Assembly (NCBI RefSeq): GCF_000485595.1
Contig: NW_014577090.1
Span: forward strand, 734,322 to 789,295
Source: Priapulus caudatus
Lineage: Eukaryota
Direction: 5' to 3'
DNA length: 54,974 bases
Shown here piece by piece: positions 50,837 to 54,974 of this stretch. The stretch's first letter is position 1. Every line of letters begins with the position of its first letter. The position numbers and the translations under genes are program-made. Under the pieces are notes generated by a model. It saw only the letters and a list, made by a program, of their open reading frames with translations, ran no database searches and was not told where the DNA came from.

Positions 50837-53800
50837 CTACAACTTTGTAAGGATGTGATTAACCGTCACAAACACAACTGCTGCGGCTGCCCACAGCAGT
50901 ACAATGACCACCCAGGCTGTGTGACTGAACGGTGACCGGTAAGCATTCTTGACCCCCGACCCCAGGATCATGCGCGTGTCAAGCCGTGCGTAGTACACGA
51001 GGAATGCTGGCAAAACGTATTGGATCCCCGCGCCCGCATATGAACCCGTGATGCCGACCAAGAACTCGAGGTTGTTCGTGAAGAACGACACGACAATAGG
51101 TGGCGCTATTGTCAGCAGCGGGAAGAGGAGGCGGGTGACGCAGCAGTGATAGCTGCGGGAATCTCGCAGGAAGAGGGCGCTGAGGTTGTTGCGCAGCGTG
51201 ATCGCGATGATCGGGAAGTTCGTGCTCAGCGTGAACACGGGGAACAACGCGAGGAAGTACTGGATGAACACGACGTTGACAACAGCGTCGGCGCCGCCCG
51301 TGGGCTCGAAGTTGAGCGTGTAGAGGTCCTCCAGCTTGGAGAAGGTGAAGACGGCGGTGAAGGACAGCAGCATGTAGAAGGTGAAGATGGTCACGTAGAT
51401 CGCCGCGAGGAGGGAGAAGAGGTGCGACTTGTCACGCATCGGCGTGACAAGCGAGGGCAGCGAGTGATGACACATGAACGAGTAGACGCAGACGCCGAAC
51501 AGTGTCGGCACGCCGGCGAACTGCGCGACCGGCGGGGAGCCGTGCCCCTCCCCCTGCGCCAGCCGTATCGCTGCCACGATGATCATGATCAGGAACGCTG
51601 CAAGAAGACGACCGTTATTAACGTCAGCCTACAACAGCTCACAGCAAGCTGTCACAGCTAGCTGTAGCAGAACGGGGTGCTGTGCCCCCATAGAGCCTAA
51701 CTCGAAATACTAGACTAACTCGGTATTAGTGTAAACCGTACTGAATGCTGTCACACTCACATCTTGTGTGCGAATACGAAATAATATATTTATGAAGCAT
51801 ATTGCGACGAGAGCACCTTCAATACGCACCAACCCATCGCATGACTGACGTGAACAACTGCAGGTACTTTGTCTTCTGCGCGTTGAAGAAAGTAAATGGA
51901 CCGAGAAATAATGTGAATCCCAACTGCAACAATAAAAACAGCAAATTGTAAGCATTCTTACACAATGCATACGTACAACTGCAGATATCATTTACGATTG
52001 TGATAACTTGCCAGCCTTATGCCGCTATTATAACTTACTAAGAAAATTCTGTAGGCAGAAAATCTAGTGATCTTGCTTTCTGTTCCAGGCCAACAGAGAT
52101 CAGTCTCGTCATTGCCCTCAGAGTTGTTAGTCACATTCACCTTATAACTGCAGACAAACACATGACATGTGATAACACCATTCCTTGTCATCACGTTTTT
52201 CGATTTTAATTCAACATATTCCATGTTAGTAACAGAAATATGCCTACTCTGCTCACCATGCCACATCCCTCAGGCTCTTCGGTACTGCTGCTGCATATAT
52301 TGCCAGATCCCCATACAAATACACTGCTATGCAGATGTAGAACAGATTTACTCCACCTGGCGGTAGGAAATTAAAGCACAGCTATGAATTTGACAAGAAT
52401 AATTATTTGTGTGACCATAATTTTGTAATGATATTGACTCTGTGGTTATAAACAGCAATGACAATGGCTATCACCAGTTTCTCTATGGCACTAAGAATAG
52501 TTAGCACCAGACCTTTTCTGAATACAGACATGCTAATATTATTGATATTTGAGATGCATTAGACTATACTTACATCTACTGAAAAATGTTGAAGCCATCT
52601 GGCCCTGAAATATAAATAGTGAATAATATATAGTATATAATATATAAAAGTGATAAATATAAATGTTAAGAATACTATGGAATTGGCTCAAATTCGTCCA
52701 AGCGCTAAAGCTACAGGGTCTAAACATAGCAATACAAAGAACGTCTAAACCCACCTTGTCAATGGGCAATTTTCATGCATACTGTACATGTGACATAATG
52801 TTATCATTACCTTAGACATTTTGAACTAAAAATTATAATCACTACAACTCTCATTGCATGTGATTTCTGACATACCATCTCAATTCGTTCAGATATCTCG
52901 TAGTAGTTACATGGTTTAACAGAAGCGTTAAACTTGGCACTCCTACCTAAAATGAAATTATATATACTGATAGATATAAACTAAGAGAATAGGCAATATT
53001 TTCACAGGTAAATCAGAAAACATTTCATCTAAAAGTAACAAAAGTTATACATACAGGCACAATGCCTAAATACTCAATAATGACATACATGTACTTTGGT
53101 GTAGCAGTGGACTCTGTTCCGTTTCTTCATGGAAATCTGGGTCCAACTGTCTGGCTATGTCTTTGTCCGAAATATCACCGGCCTATAAGAACATTATAAC
53201 ACTACTATACTTACAAACATTTGCACTAAATTCCTATCAATTCTATTTTCATTTCAAGCCTTAGCTACAACTCCTAGTAATACTCTGAGATCATCAACAG
53301 AAATGTTCACTGCTCCTGGACTCGCATTCTATACGAGCGCATAGCAGATCTTTTTCTTTCAAATTTTCCTGTAACTAGTATATATAATTGTACAATACCT
53401 TCTTTAAACTCTGCAGCTTCTTCCAGCTCAGCACAGCGTTTGCTGAAGCCATCACTTCAACGACGAATGTAACTGTGATCAGGCTGCATAACGTAAACCA
53501 AATAACACACATTTACCTGCAATATCTACAAGCCAATCGACTTTTGTAACCAATCATGCCTGTACATCCATCTATTAACACATACCATGTACAACGTGCT
53601 ACATTTTCAATCTATCAACACAGTACAGTATATGTTAAAAGGTAGCTCATAAACCAAAATATTTATTAGGTCTTCATATTTACACCACTCAGTGAGTGAT
53701 GTAATTTTAGTTAGTGCCTGTTTGATGCACATTCCTGGAATTTTTTGTTAACTTTGTATAACCCGAGTGTTAATGGTCTTAGCTTTCACATGCATGGTGA

Positions 53801-54085
53801 CTTAGACAGCTAGACTCAATAACATAACCCAGCACAGAGTAGCGTCACATTACGCTACATGTTAGATTATATAGCTCGTACTCTGCTGAATCACATTATT
53901 GTATCTAATGAACAGGCTGCTTCTGATCCACAGGGAACAAATTTACACCTATAAATAACAAACCTCATAATGCAGAGAAGAAACACTGATATAAGACCCA
54001 GTAGCCATCCTGCTTCACCGAAAGCTTTCGGCATTGTCAGCGCCCCTGTTCCAACAATGAGATTAAAGACGTAGATGATACCAAC
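50837..54085 (-). CDS. TMEM104: TMEM104 (SLC38A12-like amino-acid transporter family membrane protein); first coding exon not resolved
   Basis: Minus-strand exons 53964-54085, 53399-53483, 53089-53182, 52876-52946, 52574-52604, 52257-52356, 52039-52147, 51830-51923, 50837-51597, phases consistent. Motifs FNLIVGTGALTMPKAF, YLYGDLAIYAAAVPKSL, QKTKYLQ, FGVCVYSFMCHHSLPSLVTP, FPVFTLSTNFPIIAITLRNNL, LVGITGSYAGAGIQY. Confidence 0.94.
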
Positions 54086-54499
54086 CTGAAAGAAACAAAT
54101 TTTAATTGAACTGACAATCACAAAGACGATCCACTTTGCGCACTCCTGCAGCATCCTAGTTAGTAATAAAAATATACAACTACAACACGTATGTGTATAA
54201 CCTAATAAAGATTTGTCTTCAGAGTCTAGGGACTATACCGAAGATGAAGGCGAAGATGGAGAGAGACAAGTAGACAGACTATAAGTATAACACTGTGGAT
54301 TGCAGTCAAAAAAGTCGATTAACCAGAGAGGAAGAAAAAGAATTAAAATATGGGATGACAGAAACAAAGAAGCTAAAGTTAAAGTAAAGGGATCCTTTGA
54401 AGATGGTACAGTTTGGCCATGATGGCTTTGATTGATGTCACTGCGCCGACTACGGCCTATCGTATACATACGCGTTTACGTTACATTATACATACATAG

Positions 54500-54791
54500 G
54501 GCGCAAATCCACTTTAGGCACCTTAGGTATCACGAAGTGATGCACACATTTCTGTGTATCATCAACTGATGCACAGACTTTCCGTATATCAAGAAATGAT
54601 GCAAAAACCCTAACCCAAACCTAAGTAATAAAGTATAACCTTAGGTATCACGAAGTGTGTTAGGGTTAGGGTTAGGGTTAGGGTTTTTGCATCATTCCTT
54701 GATATACGGAAAGTCTGTGCATCAGTTGAATGATGATCTGTGCATCACTTCGTGATACCTAAGGCTAAGGTACCTAAAGTGGATTTGCACC
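54500..54791. mobile_element. GG..CC foldback MITE with telomeric repeats and 9-bp TSD
   Basis: GGCGCAAATCCACTTTAGG..CCTAAAGTGGATTTGCACC; ~115-bp arms ending in CCCTAA/(TTAGGG)4; perfect TSD CATACATAG. Confidence 0.88.
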
Positions 54792-54974
54792 CATACATAG
54801 TAGGCTAACGACTAACGACGTAACGACTAACGTTACGCACCATATGGCTGTTTAGAGAATTGCTTTGATTTTTTAATTTGGTACTATAAACCACTAGCAG
54901 CAAGAACAAGTCCGCACCAGCTACAGCACACACACCGCCATTGACTATATATAACATGTTATATATAGACAATG

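Noticed and set aside
54841..54957. Candidate first coding exon of TMEM104 (MLYIVNGG..SHM|GTGCGT)
   Set aside because: In phase, but it shows no convincing similarity to known N-termini and its ATG lies in a TE-like palindrome; left unresolved.

Overview
Animal (invertebrate, probably lophotrochozoan; inference) genomic DNA with GT-AG introns. It holds four housekeeping genes: ATP7 Cu-ATPase (minus strand, N-terminal part, seven GMTCxxC metal-binding domains), ALG11 (plus, complete, ~489 aa, head-to-head with ATP7 as in human ATP7B-ALG11), ubinuclein (plus, complete, ~1393 aa) and TMEM104 (minus, 5' end unresolved). Introns and intergenic DNA are packed with often nested non-autonomous transposons whose TSDs can be read directly: P-like foldbacks (7-8 bp), hAT-like MITEs (5 and 6 bp), GG..CC elements carrying (TTAGGG)n (8-9 bp), TAG-ended foldbacks (9 bp), pogo/Tigger-like (TA), Harbinger-like (TAA) and Helentron/HINE-like elements. 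The most unusual object is a decayed Ty3/gypsy retrotransposon (17363-22501) with 120-bp LTRs that start and end with TA instead of TG..CA. In place of a tRNA primer-binding site it has a 10-nt sequence complementary to its own LTR, suggesting Tf1-style self-primed reverse transcription. Coordinates were read by hand and may be off by a few bases; no database searches were run.
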